Shown here piece after piece: positions 36,924 to 45,523 of a stretch of DNA of 64,000 bases; positions within the stretch are counted from its first letter, which is position 1, and every line of letters begins with the position of its first letter. The translations under genes were made by a program, and so were the position numbers. The notes beneath the pieces are model-generated. The model did no database searches. It was not told where the DNA came from and saw nothing but the letters and a program-made list of their open reading frames with translations. Origin of the DNA: a virus (Duplodnaviria; Caudoviricetes). The DNA is taken from positions 2,358 to 66,357 of IMG/VR virus record IMGVR_UViG_3300025905_000003; one strand, given 5' to 3'.

Positions 36924-37984
36924 ATATCATTAAGGTCCGCATACTTGCCATTTGGTTTTTTAATAGGATCTATATGCAGCTTGTCTATCACCAATCCAAG
37001 CTTAGCACTAGCATCTAAGTTTTTTAGTAGCTTGTTATAAGAGTTTTGCCCCGCTGGATCAGGGTCAGCTGCGATTATTAGTTTTTTAACTTGGCCTGGT
37101 GGCTTCAGATTAGCGACGTTAGAGCTAAATATTCCACACCAAACAAATTTAGCTCCCATTACTCTTAGAGTGAGAGCATTCTCGGGTCCTTCAGCAATGT
37201 GTAAAGTACTATCTAATTCGCCAAACCAGATGCCTGCACCCTTAATAGAAGCGAGAGCCATTTTAGGGTTCTCGACGTCTGCCTTGCGCTTGCCATCAAA
37301 GTTTAAGAATATCCTATGTATGGCTACTAAAGGACCCTCATAGGAAGTTTGAACTTTAAAGAGTATAGCGGGAAAACTCTGCCTAGTGGGAGAATATACT
37401 ATATGGGGGTGAAATCTTATGTTCTTTTCTTTTATATAAACCTTACGGGTCTCTAAGTAGGTTTGCCCAACTGAGCCCTCTAAAGGATGATACTTAGAAC
37501 TCTCCCATAGGTCGTTAGCGTATTTTCTTATTTTCTCTGCTTTTTCAGTTAATTCTTTCTTTCTTCTTTCGGCTGCGTCTGAAGCTGGGTTTATGTATTT
37601 CTCTGATCCGACAATAGCTCGAAGGTCATTATTAAGGTATTCTGCTGCTTCTTTATAGTTGTTAAGACGGTATATTCTTTGAGATAGTCCAATAACATCA
37701 AATCCGACTTTAGATTGAGAGTTTTCGGCGAAGCCAGTATAATCTGACTTGGTAAACCCCTCGCCAAGAAGTTTGAAATCATTGTCTGTAAGAAAAGTTC
37801 CAGCGAAATCAGCGCCCCTTCCTTTATTAGAGTTGAAGCGACATGAGCCGAAATTCCTATCTTGTCGCCATGTCGCAAGTAAGTCGTATTCATGTTCCGT
37901 TATCTTTGTAAATTCTATTTTCCAGAGGTCTAAGAGAAGTTCGAAGTTTGCGAGTGCCTTTTCTCGCAGTGTATCGTACTTCAT
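36905..37984 (-). CDS. TOPRIM-domain primase
   Basis: YL..R...., AIHR.FL..DG..KA...PKM.L, IAEG.E.AL, IAAD.D.AG. Confidence 0.85.
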   Translation of the reverse strand: MKYDTLREKALANFELLLDLWKIEFTKITEHEYDLLATWRQDRNFGSCRFNSNKGRGADFAGTFLTDNDFKLLGEGFTKSDYTGFAENSQSKVGFDVIGLSQRIYRLNNYKEAAEYLNNDLRAIVGSEKYINPASDAAERRKKELTEKAEKIRKYANDLWESSKYHPLEGSVGQTYLETRKVYIKEKNIRFHPHIVYSPTRQSFPAILFKVQTSYEGPLVAIHRIFLNFDGKRKADVENPKMALASIKGAGIWFGELDSTLHIAEGPENALTLRVMGAKFVWCGIFSSNVANLKPPGQVKKLIIAADPDPAGQNSYNKLLKNLDASAKLGLVIDKLHIDPIKKPNGKYADLNDIWLSML

Positions 37985-38027
37985 ATGTCTACGCTACCCC
38001 TAAACAGGCTATTTAATGGCCCGTACC

Positions 38028-38056
38028 TTGACAATATAGCCTGACTGACTTATAAA
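38028..38056 (+). promoter_or_regulatory. sigma70 promoter of the nrdJ leader
   Basis: TTGACA-N17-TATAAA. Confidence 0.75.
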
Positions 38057-38062
38057 GGGGTT

Positions 38063-38351
38063 AGACCATAACAGCGATGCCTCGCGGTTGTGTCCACCTC
38101 CCTCTCAGGCCCTCCAGCAACCCGCTGTGAGGGCCTTCCTTTTAACCATAGCCCAAGTCACACCGTGCCGGCAAGGCGCCAGCCCTTGGGGCTCCTAGAG
38201 GCGTGCAGACCCTATTGCTTGTGTGTCGGCCTTGGGCTACACTCGCCTCTTGGGTCTAGGGTCCTCTGTGTGCGTCCGCATTGCGGTGCAATTCCGCAGT
38301 CCTCATAGCGGGCTCTAGCCCCCTAAAAACCATAAAAGCCGAGGCATCAGT
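38063..38351 (+). ncRNA. ~290-nt structured GC-rich 5' leader of nrdJ
   Basis: Closing stem 38076-38084/38340-38348 covers the GAGG SD; several hairpins; T-loop-like hairpin 38282-38298. Confidence 0.55.
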
Positions 38352-40112
38352 ATGTCTATGTTTTCTCCTACCAAGGGCGAATTTTACCCAAATTTGCCAA
38401 ATCACGAACTAGCTTATTATGATCAACTTCATCAAGAAAAATACAGAGACGAAGGCCAAACTAAAGAAGAACACCAAAAAACAATTGCAACCAACTTAGC
38501 TAGTAGTGATATACATAAGTCTTTTTTATATAACAGTCTAATAGAAAACAGATTTCTGCCTGCTGGGCGTATTCAGGCGGCAACCGGGGCAACTCAACGT
38601 GAAGTATCTCCCTTTAATTGTAGTGTGTCCCAGCATATTGATGATAGTATGGATAGCATCATGGCTGCACTCAGTAATGCTGCCAAGATATTGCGCCTTG
38701 GGACTGGCATTGGTTACAATTTTTCTAGTCTGCGTCCTCGCGGAGCGGAAATTAGGAAACTTAAAACGGTCTCGACAGGACCGTTAAGCTTTATGAAAAT
38801 ATTTGACATTATGGCTAGCACTATTGCTAGCTCCGGCCATCGCCGTGGCGCACAAATGGGGATAATGAATGTCAGCCATCCAGATATCGAAGCATTCATC
38901 GACGCTAAAATGTCAAAGGATGCGTATCGCCAGTTCAATCTATCTGTTGGGGTTAGTGATTCGTTTATGGCCGCAGTCCATTATGATGCCGATTGGCCTC
39001 TTATTTTTAACGGCCAAGTATATAGAACAGTACGAGCTGCTCAGCTTTGGGAAAAGATTACTAGAAACGCATACGAGAGCGCCGAACCCGGTATTATATT
39101 TATAGACCGTTTAAACGATCAAAACAACTTACACTATTGCGAAACTATTGAGGCAACTAATCCCTGCGCCGAACAACCTCTTCCCCCTTATGGTTTGTGC
39201 TCGTTAGGTAGTTTTAATCTGGTAGGGTATGTAAATTTAGATAAAGAAGGCAACCGTGTATTTGATGCTAGTCTATTTAAGAAGGATATACATGCTTGGG
39301 TTGAAGCTTATGATAATATTTTTGATAATGCTATTTACGCTATTCCCGAGCATAAAGAAGAGGCTATTTCAAAACGCAGGATAGGCTTAGGATTTACCGG
39401 CATAGCTAACGCTATTGAATGGCTATGCGAGGAACCCAACTATGGCGAGCCAGAGTTTTGTAGTGTGTTGGACAGGCTGTGCGATACTCTTAAGACAGAG
39501 TGCTATAAAGCCTCGATTAAATTGGCAAAAACCCGTGGGCCTTTTTCAAAGTACGGTACTGACTATTTACAGAGCAAGTTCGTCAAGTCGCTTTCACCGT
39601 ATTTGCAAGACCAAATTATGTTTCACGGCGTTAGAAATTCCCACCTTATTAGTTACGCGCCCTGTGGAACTATTTCACAATGTGCACATAACGTTTCTTC
39701 AGGCGTGGAACCCGTTTTTTACTATGAAATGAATAGAGATGTTTACATGAAAGAGGGTAAAATAAATGTTACTCTCAAAGATTATAACTACCGTAAGTTC
39801 GATTTTAAAGGTAAGACACTTAATGATTGCTCTGTTGATGATCATATGCGGGTCGCTACTACTATACAGCGCCACTGCGATAGTTCAATTAGTAAGACAG
39901 TGAACGTAGCTGCCGGTTGTACATACGAAGACTACGCCAAAATCTACGTTAAAGCGTTTGAATTAGGTTTAAAGGGTATTACAGTTTATAGGCCTACTCC
40001 TCTTAGGGGAGCTGTAATAGTAGAAACTAAGAAAGAAAAGTCTGCTTATAACGTCCTTACTGATAGTTTTGTGTCTCCCTCTAACTGCGCTAATGGCGCT
40101 TGTTCTCTCTAG
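38352..40112 (+). CDS. nrdJ: class II (adenosylcobalamin-dependent) ribonucleotide reductase
   Basis: RFLPAGR, FNC, RRGAQMG, FN.SV, TNPCAEQPL, APCGTIS; no NrdB/beta-subunit gene in the window. Confidence 0.88.
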   Translation: MSMFSPTKGEFYPNLPNHELAYYDQLHQEKYRDEGQTKEEHQKTIATNLASSDIHKSFLYNSLIENRFLPAGRIQAATGATQREVSPFNCSVSQHIDDSMDSIMAALSNAAKILRLGTGIGYNFSSLRPRGAEIRKLKTVSTGPLSFMKIFDIMASTIASSGHRRGAQMGIMNVSHPDIEAFIDAKMSKDAYRQFNLSVGVSDSFMAAVHYDADWPLIFNGQVYRTVRAAQLWEKITRNAYESAEPGIIFIDRLNDQNNLHYCETIEATNPCAEQPLPPYGLCSLGSFNLVGYVNLDKEGNRVFDASLFKKDIHAWVEAYDNIFDNAIYAIPEHKEEAISKRRIGLGFTGIANAIEWLCEEPNYGEPEFCSVLDRLCDTLKTECYKASIKLAKTRGPFSKYGTDYLQSKFVKSLSPYLQDQIMFHGVRNSHLISYAPCGTISQCAHNVSSGVEPVFYYEMNRDVYMKEGKINVTLKDYNYRKFDFKGKTLNDCSVDDHMRVATTIQRHCDSSISKTVNVAAGCTYEDYAKIYVKAFELGLKGITVYRPTPLRGAVIVETKKEKSAYNVLTDSFVSPSNCANGACSL

Positions 40113-40151
40113 AGAGCCTTGCATCAGCAACTAGAGGATTGCCTTTTTCGG

Positions 40152-40180
40152 TTGACACTCCCCAGGCCCCATGCTAGACA
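40152..40180 (+). promoter_or_regulatory. sigma70 promoter, alphaproteobacterial-type -10
   Basis: TTGACA-N17-TAGACA, with GC immediately before the -10 (GCTAGA). Confidence 0.6.
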
Positions 40181-40206
40181 GCAGGCTGACGAGTTGGGGA
40201 ATAGTC

Positions 40207-40698
40207 ATGAGTGAAAAACTAAAATTCAAGACTGCGCTGGAACAGCTAAGCAGCACCATAACCGACGTTATGGTTACTTTCGACGGTATCCCTTCTACAG
40301 ACCTCCCAACCCTTCTTAAAGCATTCGCTGAGCTAAGAGATAATAAAAAGCGCTTAGAAGAGCTTTTGAAGTCGATTACCCTCCTCTATACCACGTTAGA
40401 TAATAAGGTCATACCGGATGCCTTCGAAGCTCTCGGCTTTGATAGTGTTAAATCATCAGGAAGAAATTTTATCTTGTCAACGCGAATTAACGCGAACATT
40501 ACGGAAGATAAACGTCCCGCTGCCCATAAATGGATCGAAGAAGAAGCAAAAGTACCAGAGCTTATCCAATCAAGAATTAATCCTAAACAACTCTCTAGCT
40601 TTGTTGCTGAGTACTTTGAAACAAATGGGAAATGGCCTCCTGAAGATTTAATATCTGTTCATAAACAGAATTATATTCAAGTGAGGAAGGCCACATGA
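40207..40698 (+). CDS. conserved replication-module hypothetical protein
   Basis: ORF track 40171..40698, start refined behind a GGGGA SD. Confidence 0.7.
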   Translation: MSEKLKFKTALEQLSSTITDVMVTFDGIPSTDLPTLLKAFAELRDNKKRLEELLKSITLLYTTLDNKVIPDAFEALGFDSVKSSGRNFILSTRINANITEDKRPAAHKWIEEEAKVPELIQSRINPKQLSSFVAEYFETNGKWPPEDLISVHKQNYIQVRKAT

Positions 40699-41063
40699 AT
40701 GAGCTATCTTCCCCAATTATCACCTCTGATAGCTTATATGCCCAGGCTAGCCCTGATAGCTTATATATTTGGCTTATGGATGCTAAGCCAAATGATAGGT
40801 TTTTGTATTACAGGGGCTATAACTTGGTTGACTTCATATTAGCCCGTGAGCTTAGAAAAGCTGCATATAAATTAGCTACTCAAGGTAGAGTATACTTAGT
40901 CCAAAGTAGATGTTTACAATATGATGGTATGTTTAACTATTTTGTTATTAAATCTAGTCATCCCCCGGTCTTTAAGTTAATCCCTTATTCAGACGAGAAA
41001 CTAAAACAACTGGGCAAGAGAGTGGTAGAAACGGAGTTACATCATGGCCAGCAAGTCCACTGA
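40695..41063 (+). CDS. hypothetical protein
   Basis: ORF track; coupled to neighbours. Confidence 0.7.
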   Translation: MNELSSPIITSDSLYAQASPDSLYIWLMDAKPNDRFLYYRGYNLVDFILARELRKAAYKLATQGRVYLVQSRCLQYDGMFNYFVIKSSHPPVFKLIPYSDEKLKQLGKRVVETELHHGQQVH

Positions 41064-41910
41064 GGTAGTAAAACCAAAAGTCAATTCTAGTATGGTGCCG
41101 CTATCCTTTGATAGCGCGCCTGACTATCTTCCCGCCAAGCTAGAACAATCAGGCTTAGAAGGTCTAGGCAAAGACGATATTAAAACACCTAGGATACTTC
41201 TCTTGCAAGGCTTGAGCCCACAGCTGGAGAACTTCCCTAATGCAAAGAAAGATACCTTTTGGCATACGGGTCTTAATCTTCCTCTTGGCAGTGATTTCTT
41301 ATTCGTCCCTGCCCTGGTTAATAAGCGGGTAATTCTATGGCGCCCGCGTACGGATGAAGGCGGTGGTATACTAGCTTTTTCCGTTGACGGACGAACCTGG
41401 GCGACGGGTGGTAATCAAGAGTTTCGTGTACGTCTAAAGGGAGTGAAAACACCAGTTATCTGGAAGACTGGGAAAGACGTGGCGTCTTCGCGCCTAACCG
41501 AGTTCGGGTCAGCTAATCCCGATAATTCGGATAGCCCGCCAGCTGCAACGATCTCTTATGAGTATCTGTGCTATCTTCCAGCGCTCCCTGAACTTTCCCC
41601 CTGTGTTTTAGGTGTATCTAAAACTGGGCTACCAAATGCTAAGGGGTTTAACACTTCTTTGGCTATGATGGTAAGACAAGGTAAACCTATCTCGTGTTTA
41701 ATGGTTAGGTGCTTCGCTCAGAAAGAAAACAACAACGATGGGGAATGGACGACACCAAACTTTAAGCTAGAAGGGTATGCATCTAAGGATGTATATGAGG
41801 CCGCTAAGAAGCTTGCAGAAACATATGCCGATTATAAAGTTGAATATAGTCAAGACGAGCTAGATAAAGCTGCAGGTGTAAAGACTAACGACGACGAAAT
41901 TCCATTTTAA
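41044..41910 (+). CDS. single-stranded DNA-binding protein (phage type)
   Basis: GLEGL...D...PR..LLQ..SPQ N-terminus; acidic DDEIPF C-terminal tail. Confidence 0.7.
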   Translation: MASKSTEVVKPKVNSSMVPLSFDSAPDYLPAKLEQSGLEGLGKDDIKTPRILLLQGLSPQLENFPNAKKDTFWHTGLNLPLGSDFLFVPALVNKRVILWRPRTDEGGGILAFSVDGRTWATGGNQEFRVRLKGVKTPVIWKTGKDVASSRLTEFGSANPDNSDSPPAATISYEYLCYLPALPELSPCVLGVSKTGLPNAKGFNTSLAMMVRQGKPISCLMVRCFAQKENNNDGEWTTPNFKLEGYASKDVYEAAKKLAETYADYKVEYSQDELDKAAGVKTNDDEIPF

Positions 41911-41911
41911 T

Positions 41912-42030
41912 TCGCTGGGTATGTCTCCCTCACGTACCTAGCGATAGAGGAGGGATAGGGTAAGCGTCTTCCCCCGCTGGCGAGCTAGAGTTTCCCCCCG
42001 GACTCTTTTAGCTCCCTCTATCCCTCCTCG
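41912..42030 (+). ncRNA. GC-rich structured intergenic RNA
   Basis: 10-bp hairpin 41912-41944; 12-bp stem 41947-41958/42017-42028 enclosing two hairpins. Confidence 0.45.
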
Positions 42031-42059
42031 ATTTCATTAAATTGTTACGGGAGCGTATT

Positions 42060-42320
42060 ATGTCATTACTCAGGTGCGTTGCAAAGTTGGTTAGGCGAGT
42101 AGTGGGTCGTACTATGAAGAATGGTAGAAAAATGGGACATTCCGCACGTAATGGTAATGCAGCCTCCCCATATCAAAAGTACAAAAAGAAACCGTTTCGT
42201 TATAGTCAGGCTTACTATGACTGGCGCAACAGTGTCATGCGCAGCAAACCCTCGACTAGTAAAAATTACAAATCAGATAATCGTAATGGTGTAAGGAAAA
42301 TGAAGCTGGCAGCTGAATAG
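42060..42320 (+). CDS. basic hypothetical protein whose stop codon abuts tRNA-Leu
   Basis: ORF track 42042..42320; GGGAG SD before ATG 42060. Confidence 0.4.
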   Translation: MSLLRCVAKLVRRVVGRTMKNGRKMGHSARNGNAASPYQKYKKKPFRYSQAYYDWRNSVMRSKPSTSKNYKSDNRNGVRKMKLAAE

Positions 42321-42405
42321 CGCTCTTGGCGAAACTGGTAGACGCAAGAGACTTAAAATCTCTCGGGTAACTCCCTTGCCGGTTCGATCCCGGCAGAGCG
42401 CACCA
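42320..42405 (+). tRNA. trnL: tRNA-Leu(TAA) with encoded CCA
   Basis: GCGCTCT/AGAGCGC acceptor, AGAGA-CTTAAAA-TCTCT anticodon arm, long variable arm, GTTCGATCC T-loop, ACCA end. Confidence 0.95.
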
Positions 42406-42421
42406 AAGTAGAGGAAATAAA

Positions 42422-42904
42422 ATGAGACAACGCGACGAAAACCCATCAGAAACTACAGCTATCGTTAGCACAGTAGGTTTGATAGCTTTTGTTATTATTG
42501 GACTTACTACACTTGGGATGTGGGGCTGTCCTAAGTATGATGTATATATGAAAGAAATGGCTGGGCATGCCGCATACTCTCAAGCAGAGAGTACACGTCA
42601 GATTAGAGTATTAGAGGCGCAAGCTAAACTCGATTCCGCTAAGCTTGAAGCCGCCTCAGATGTAGAGCGCGCTAAAGGCGTTGCTCAAGCTAACGAAATA
42701 GTTGTTAAAGGCTTAGGTGGCCCTGATAATTATTTACGTTGGAAATATATTCAAATGCTCGAAGACCATGGCAAGTCTGTACATCGAGAGGTTATTTACA
42801 TTCCAACCGAAGCCGGAATGCCTGTAATGGAAGCCAGTAGGCTTAAAAATACCCATACGCCTGCTATTCCGGTTACTACTACTGATATAAAGGCGAAACA
42901 ATAA
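42422..42904 (+). CDS. membrane-anchored coiled-coil (SPFH/band-7-like) protein
   Basis: N-terminal TM; AE..R.I...EA.A...A....A....ERAKG.A.AN; IYIPTE.G.P..EA. Confidence 0.75.
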   Translation: MRQRDENPSETTAIVSTVGLIAFVIIGLTTLGMWGCPKYDVYMKEMAGHAAYSQAESTRQIRVLEAQAKLDSAKLEAASDVERAKGVAQANEIVVKGLGGPDNYLRWKYIQMLEDHGKSVHREVIYIPTEAGMPVMEASRLKNTHTPAIPVTTTDIKAKQ

Positions 42905-42911
42905 GAAACTC

Positions 42912-42986
42912 GGACCCGTAGCATAATGGTAATGCCGGCAGCTCATAACTGTCTCTATCTGGGTTCAATTCCTGGCGGGTCCACCA
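42912..42986 (+). tRNA. tRNA with CAT anticodon, probably Ile2 (lysidine) rather than Met
   Basis: GGACCCG/CGGGTCC acceptor (G1-C72, so not fMet; C4-G69 and C5-G68 as in TilS substrates), GGCAG-CTCATAA-CTGTC, GTTCAATTCC, ACCA. Confidence 0.9.
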
Positions 42987-44822
42987 ATGCCTGATATTGA
43001 AAAGTTTTTTCGTATTTTAAATGAGACTAGAGAACCCGCGTACGATGTCGAAACAAGTGGACTTGACTGGAAAAGATGTTTTGTATGCGGCTATTCTGTG
43101 TCAGACGGCAGTGATGCTGAGTATATACCTGTTCGACATGCTGGGGGAGGAAATATTTCTTGCATTGAAGAATTTGAGCGTACTCTTGGCCGTGATATTG
43201 CTCGCCACCCTGGAAAAATTGTCGGTCATAATATAAAATTCGATATGCATTTTTCAGAGAACCATGGCATTAAACTTGGCGACAAGGTTAAATGCACAAT
43301 GGCTCGGGAAGCTATTATCGATGAAAATAGGAGGTCATACAGCCTTGAAAACGTATGTAAATCCTATGACGGAGTTACCCCTAAGCTGGGTAAAGACTTA
43401 TATATACACATTGCCAATCAATTTGGATGCGCACCTACCCGTGATAGTATGGGCTTGTTTTATCGCTTGCGTGGCGACGATCCCGTGGCCGTGGATTACG
43501 GTGCAGGGGATACATTATCAACTAGCCAATTGGCAATGGCTCAAGAGAAAAAGATATACGAACAAAGGCTAGATATCGTTACAGATATGGAGCATCACCT
43601 TACTTATGTGCTCCAGAAAATGGAGCGCAGGGGAGTAAGGGTAGATCCCGAAAGACTTGTTCAAGTAAACAACGAAGTCGGGGAAATGTACTATAAAGCG
43701 CTTTCCCAGATTAAAGTAGAAATAGACGAGTATGGGGTAGAAAAAGGTATTAATGTTAGATCAGGTAAAGATCTTAAAGAATACTTTGAAAGTTGTGAAA
43801 TAGACGACTGGCCAATGACTGCGCCTAGTCAAAGATTTCCTAATGGGCAACCTTCCTTCAATAAAGATTTTCTCAGCTCGACAGCTGAAGGTTTGGCGAT
43901 CTTAAATGTTAGAAAATTAGCTCACTTAAAGTCTTCTTTCTTAGAAGTATTAGACGATTATATATACAAGGACAAAATACACACTACGTTTAATCAAACT
44001 AGAGGCGAAACACATGGAACTCGTTCTGGGAGGCTTTCTAGTTCTTGGCCTAATATGCAGCAGGTTCCAAAACGCGATAAGCAACTTGGTCGTATATATC
44101 GCCGTTTGTTTGTCCCTGATCGAGATTTCTTTTATATTGAGTACGATTATTCTCAAGCTGAACCAAGACTTTTTACTCACTATTCTCAGGAGCCGGCTTT
44201 TCTAGAAGGTTACAGAAAAACACCCTTTATTGATATGTATGATATCATTGGGTCGTATATACACCAACCACGCGACAGATGTAAGACTATTGGCCTTGGT
44301 ATTATGTATATGATGGGAGCAGGCAAGTTAGCTCTGCAGCTTGGTATAAGTTATGACGACGCTTTAGATATCCTAAAGGACTTATCAGCGCGATTTCCTA
44401 AGATGCTTGGACGTGATTATAATAATCCAGGTTTTACGGAGAAAGCCGCGCAAGTGGCACAGAACCGCAGCTATGTTAAAACAATTCTTGGCCGTCGTTC
44501 TCGCTTTGATAACCCTAGATTTGCTTATCGTGCTGCTAACCGGATCGTACAAGGTGGTTCTGCGGATATTCTAAAATATAAGATTGTACAAATAGATAAC
44601 TACTTAAAACAAAATAACCTAGAAGAAGTCTGTCATATGTTATTGAATATTCACGACGCAGTGGTATTTCAGATACATAAAGATTATGAGCATTTAGTCC
44701 CTATTCTGGCTTCTATGTTTGAAGATGTAAATGGTCCGCCGTTTAATTTATCTGTTCCGTTTGTAATGGACTATAAGAAAGGCTCAGATTGGTCGGAGGC
44801 GACATATGGAACAGGAGCCTAG
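42987..44822 (+). CDS. polA: family A DNA polymerase with 3'-5' exonuclease
   Basis: Exo I DVETSG; motif A DYSQAEPR; motif B KTIGLGIMY (Leu at the E. coli 762 position); motif C IHDA. Confidence 0.95.
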   Translation: MPDIEKFFRILNETREPAYDVETSGLDWKRCFVCGYSVSDGSDAEYIPVRHAGGGNISCIEEFERTLGRDIARHPGKIVGHNIKFDMHFSENHGIKLGDKVKCTMAREAIIDENRRSYSLENVCKSYDGVTPKLGKDLYIHIANQFGCAPTRDSMGLFYRLRGDDPVAVDYGAGDTLSTSQLAMAQEKKIYEQRLDIVTDMEHHLTYVLQKMERRGVRVDPERLVQVNNEVGEMYYKALSQIKVEIDEYGVEKGINVRSGKDLKEYFESCEIDDWPMTAPSQRFPNGQPSFNKDFLSSTAEGLAILNVRKLAHLKSSFLEVLDDYIYKDKIHTTFNQTRGETHGTRSGRLSSSWPNMQQVPKRDKQLGRIYRRLFVPDRDFFYIEYDYSQAEPRLFTHYSQEPAFLEGYRKTPFIDMYDIIGSYIHQPRDRCKTIGLGIMYMMGAGKLALQLGISYDDALDILKDLSARFPKMLGRDYNNPGFTEKAAQVAQNRSYVKTILGRRSRFDNPRFAYRAANRIVQGGSADILKYKIVQIDNYLKQNNLEEVCHMLLNIHDAVVFQIHKDYEHLVPILASMFEDVNGPPFNLSVPFVMDYKKGSDWSEATYGTGA

Positions 44823-45003
44823 GTTCTACTACGTAGATACTATTAGAGATAAGAACGGTAAGCTCAGATCATGGGAAGCTCATAACGAGCTATCTCTAAT
44901 AGAAGATAAATTCAAAGCGGGCAGCTGTATGTATTTTAATTTAGTAGATGTAGTTAGATTTTCTAAGCGTAAGCGTGAGATTGACAATGAAAACGGAAGC
45001 TGA
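44806..45003 (+). CDS. small hypothetical protein
   Basis: ORF track; overlaps both neighbours. Confidence 0.55.
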   Translation: MEQEPRFYYVDTIRDKNGKLRSWEAHNELSLIEDKFKAGSCMYFNLVDVVRFSKRKREIDNENGS

Positions 45004-45523
45004 TTTTAAAAAATCCTTCAAAATGTCGGTGAAGAACCAGCGAGGTTACGCCATGAGCCTGGCAGCTCCAACATTTGCGGGGCTTCCAGACTTGTATATA
45101 ATCATGCCTGAGTATATGCCAATCTTACTTGAAGCTAAATGGCTCGGGGAAATAAAACGGGATACTTTTTTTAGGAAAGTACCCTTTACTGAAATGCAAA
45201 TGCATTGGATAGATAAATGCCATAATATTACTCCCTATTCAGCTATGGGACTAATAGGGTTTATATACAAGAAAGAGATCCATGCTGCATTGGTTGCACA
45301 TGGTACTCCATTGTTTTATACTTTTACAAATTCGTTCTTGACAACGTGCTCTTATGTCAAGTATGATCCCGCGTTGAGTACTAAAAGGTTTGACGTTGAA
45401 AAGCTTTTTTCAAATGTCCCTATCCCTAAAATAGGCAACGCGAAGAAATATGAATTATCAACCGACATCTCAGACATCTATGACTTTGACGGATGCGCGT
45501 CAACTTTGGCCGTTCGACGTTGA
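44987..45523 (+). CDS. VRR-NUC/PD-(D/E)xK nuclease (resolvase-like)
   Basis: E..F, G.PDL, LLEAK, Q..W. Confidence 0.8.
   Translation: MKTEADFKKSFKMSVKNQRGYAMSLAAPTFAGLPDLYIIMPEYMPILLEAKWLGEIKRDTFFRKVPFTEMQMHWIDKCHNITPYSAMGLIGFIYKKEIHAALVAHGTPLFYTFTNSFLTTCSYVKYDPALSTKRFDVEKLFSNVPIPKIGNAKKYELSTDISDIYDFDGCASTLAVRR

Noticed and set aside
38063-38351. Firm call as a canonical cobalamin riboswitch
   Set aside because: Only the T-loop-like hairpin matches; the AGGGAA, GCCACTG/ACTGT and B12-box elements were not found in the expected order
42912-42986. Initiator tRNA-fMet
   Set aside because: G1-C72 is paired and the anticodon stem lacks three consecutive G-C pairs
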